Below the pieces are notes generated by a model. The model saw only the letters and a program-made list of their open reading frames with translations. It did no database searches and was not told the origin of the DNA. This document shows, piece by piece, positions 61,211 through 64,000 of a stretch of 64,000 nucleotides of DNA. The translations under genes were made by a program, and so were the position numbers. Positions within the stretch are counted from its first letter, which is position 1; each line of letters begins with the position of its first letter. The stretch spans positions 806,001-870,000 of the forward strand of contig CATNEN010000001.1 of NCBI GenBank assembly GCA_950097015.1. Reading direction: 5' to 3'. The stretch is from Macrostomum hystrix. Its lineage: Eukaryota; Animalia; Platyhelminthes.

Positions 61211-62700
61211 CAAGAGGCCGGTAGGATCAGGTATTCAAACTCTGGGAGGGAAAACAATCTGGCTGTTTCAATGAACGACAGATTTTAAAAATGATAACTT
61301 TTCCTTTGTTAGGATTAGAGGGGTCAGAAAAAAAAACATTATTTGGGAGCCAGAAGTTAGCAGCTGGGCATTCAAATCTAGGTACCTGGAGGGGTAGAAT
61401 AGTAATAAATCGCATGAATTAAGGTTCCAGACGTTTCAAAACTCATTGACAGTCTATCAGTTAGTTTTTTTGGTTACTAGGCGGTTGTAAAACTTGAGCA
61501 GTAATGTTCATCTAGGAATAGAGCGGGTAATTGCATTTCAAATAACTCACAATGTAATCTATCTATATTTGGGGGAGGGTTTGTCACAGTTCGGGTCGGG
61601 GTCAATTCCAAATCAGTGGGACATTTCAGAGTGCCGTGGGTAAAAAGGGAATTCGATTTATCCTAACTATTATGACATAACCCTCGCAATTATCCTTAAT
61701 AACCGGCCTTGGGGGGCCGAGTAGAAGCCAAATCACTCACCTCTCTCCTTCAGGCAGTTGCTCGGCCATGATCGCGGGTAGCAGTCGACAAAAATAATAA
61801 TGGCAGGATAAATCCAGGAAGTTCGCTGGCAGAGATTAGCTTAGTTGATGTTTTAGATAATGTGTCGAAATAGGTTTAGAGATAACAGGCTTGGAGTCAA
61901 TGGGGCGTCAAGTGTTTGCTTTTATAGGGCTAATTTAGGGAGACGTGGCGGTCTAACCGCCAGCCAATGGGAGCAAAGTGGGAATTCCGGGCAGAACCAG
62001 TTTAGGGGGCTCATGGTAACAGTTTAGTTGTTGGGGCCCTGACCTTTTCGGTGAGGAGACACCTCGGCCGGCAACAGCATCACAAGCGGCCTGAGCAGCG
62101 GTTTCCCCAGCTGCGACCAGCTGCAGCGCCGATTGGGCCGCGCGCAACGGCTAGGCAACCGGCCCGACGAGAATTTTCGGGCCCGGCCAGCTGAAAACAC
62201 CTGGGCGCGCGGCGAATCAGAGGCTACCACGGCCCGGCAACGGAATCGGGAAGGCGCGAACGGACCAACCAACCCGGAGCCACCTGGGGAAGAGCACGGC
62301 CGGACCCTCGGACTTAAGGAGAAAACGGCCGGAGCCTCCCGGGATTGCGCAACCGAGACCAAGCCGGGCAGGGAAAGACGGGGACAGCTGCAGCCACCTG
62401 GAGGAGAAGGCGAGCCGGGACACGGCACCCCTGGGCAACGAGAACAACCTTAACTCAGCCGGAATGCGCACCCACCTCCCCTCAGGACTCTATCCCTTAG
62501 TCGCTAGGGGCGCCGACCTTTACACTCTCGCACACAATCTATTTATAGCAGTATTGTTACGTACGATGACCTAGGATTTCTTCTCTAGCGGATTTCTTCT
62601 TAAGGTTCTTTACGGTATACAGTAGGGTAATGTAAGTTTTTGCCCCCTCGATTCGCGGCACACCCCACTACTGACAGTAAGCACGTAAGTGCCTTACGTG

Positions 62701-62719
62701 AAAGTGAGCGAAGGCGGTG
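62701..62719 (+). promoter_or_regulatory. Polypurine tract preceding the 3' LTR
   Basis: AAAGTGAGCGAAGGCGGTG immediately before TGATGTGG. Confidence 0.7.
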
Positions 62720-64000
62720 TGATGTGGAGTGTACTTCGGAATCGAGTGGGGTTGTGAGCCAGCCTAATTTTTCCAATTTTTAGCAAGTCAATAATCGCGA
62801 CCCACATAGCAGCTGGCCGCAGAACACCATCATTAATCTTAGGGCCAGACATTGGGCGGAGGTGAATTAAGTAGCCGCCGATTCCCTTTGTCTCGGATCT
62901 GTCTAGTCCCCTGTAGGAGTGACTGATCGCGGAAATAGCAATACTGTATGGACTAGTTTAGGTCATAATTCCCCTCCAAGCCGCGATCAGATTGTCGGGA
63001 TCACTCATGCGTTTAGAGTGAGCTTTAATTCTTCATGTCCCTCTTCTTTACTGTAACCCGAGCCGGGGCTCGATTATGACCTTTCCCCCTTTAGATACAT
63101 GTAACGACACTATAGGCAGGTCGGCGCCTGCGCTTCCCATATCCCGGCGGGATCACAATCATTGGCCGACTGCCGGCAGACGCTCCTAGTGGGGCATCTG
63201 GCGATTCTCGCCGCCGCTTCAGTGGGCAATTGGGGTGGCATAATGCCGACCCGATTCCTCGCTGACAGGCCGGCGAGCATGTGGGTTATTTTGATGAATG
63301 CGAGGTTGGCGGAGCTGCAGGACTATTTAAGAGAGCGCGCTGCGCTGCCCCTAGGACAACCTTCCCAGGACACCTTCCCTCCACCCTGGACTAAAACCTA
63401 CCCCCTTCCTGTCTGGTCCCGGAACTCGGTCCGTGGACTCTCCCCCTTCTAGGCTAGCACCTAGTCCCTGAGCCTAAGGCTCCAGAGCATAGCAGCAGGC
63501 AACTACCTGCTAGTGCCCTTAAGCGCAAGCCACCTCCTTAGGTGCGCTCCAAATTGAGCCTTGAGCTCCCTGCAGTCTGGCCCCTTGCCAACTGTACTCA
63601 GCAATCCCTCACCTTTTCCCCCGTTCATTTGCATTCCCCCGCGAGATCGACGGCCTGCAGCCTGTCAACCAGCGTAGTCAGATAAGTAACCCGCGCAGCG
63701 GACTTTTATTGCTATCCCTAAGGGATTTACTATTTAGCTAGTGGGTAATAAGGGCAAGGGCGGGGATTTGATTTAGCCTAATAAAACTATTAAATCACAG
63801 CTTATCTAACTTATTGGGCAACTTAATAACAACTTAAATCCTTTTTACTATGCATTCCACTTTCTCTTATTTTATCGTTAGACAGCCCTCGATCATGAGT
63901 GGCTAACTTATTAGGGGGATGGGCTCTGGTGATGCCTAGCTGAAAGCTGCGGCAGGAGGATAACTGTGAGCGCGCATGAGAGTAATAAGGAGCTAGGGAT
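62720..64000 (+). repeat. 3' LTR (first 1281 bp)
   Basis: No mismatch to 56198-57478 seen by eye; identical 96-aa ORF in both copies. Confidence 0.93.

Larger units (their letters stand above)
56198..64000 (+). mobile_element. Non-autonomous Gypsy-like LTR retrotransposon (gag only, no pol), right LTR truncated by window
   Basis: Direct repeat at offset 6522 bp; TGA...TCA LTR termini; PBS; PPT; capsid ORF; no protease/RT/integrase ORF in the 4.2-kb interior. Confidence 0.88.

Noticed and set aside
62024-62471. GC-rich ORFs near the 3' end of the LTR element as env or a gag second exon
   Set aside because: No ATG or phase-compatible acceptor found, and no recognisable domain.

Overview
Eukaryotic (invertebrate-type) genomic DNA with GT-AG introns; no prokaryotic features, rRNA, true tRNA genes or CRISPR arrays. 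About 19 kb (~30%, summed by eye) is tandem mini/microsatellite, and most long ORFs in the track are artefacts of these arrays. Genes reconstructed by phase-consistent splicing: (1) a small secreted saposin-like protein (4960-10208, +); (2) a 9-exon otopetrin proton channel with an N-terminal polyQ exon (15475-27323, +); (3) five tandem, intact SSUH2-family zinc-finger paralogs (28619-52149, -), all ending in CaaX, four with PPxY and two with PSAP motifs; (4) the ESCRT-III gene CHMP2A (53089-54248, -) directly upstream of that array. Mobile DNA: two tRNA-derived SINE families, two LINE fragments, a hAT/Charlie-like MITE inflated by a minisatellite, and a young pol-less LTR element (56198 to window end). 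The LTR element has 2.3-kb LTRs, a perfect tRNA-Leu PBS, a capsid-only gag ORF and duplicated structured/PPT-like internal motifs. The style (minisatellite-filled introns, GC-richer exons) recalls a free-living flatworm such as Macrostomum, but the organism cannot be established from this window. Exon coordinates were read by hand; repeat boundaries are approximate.
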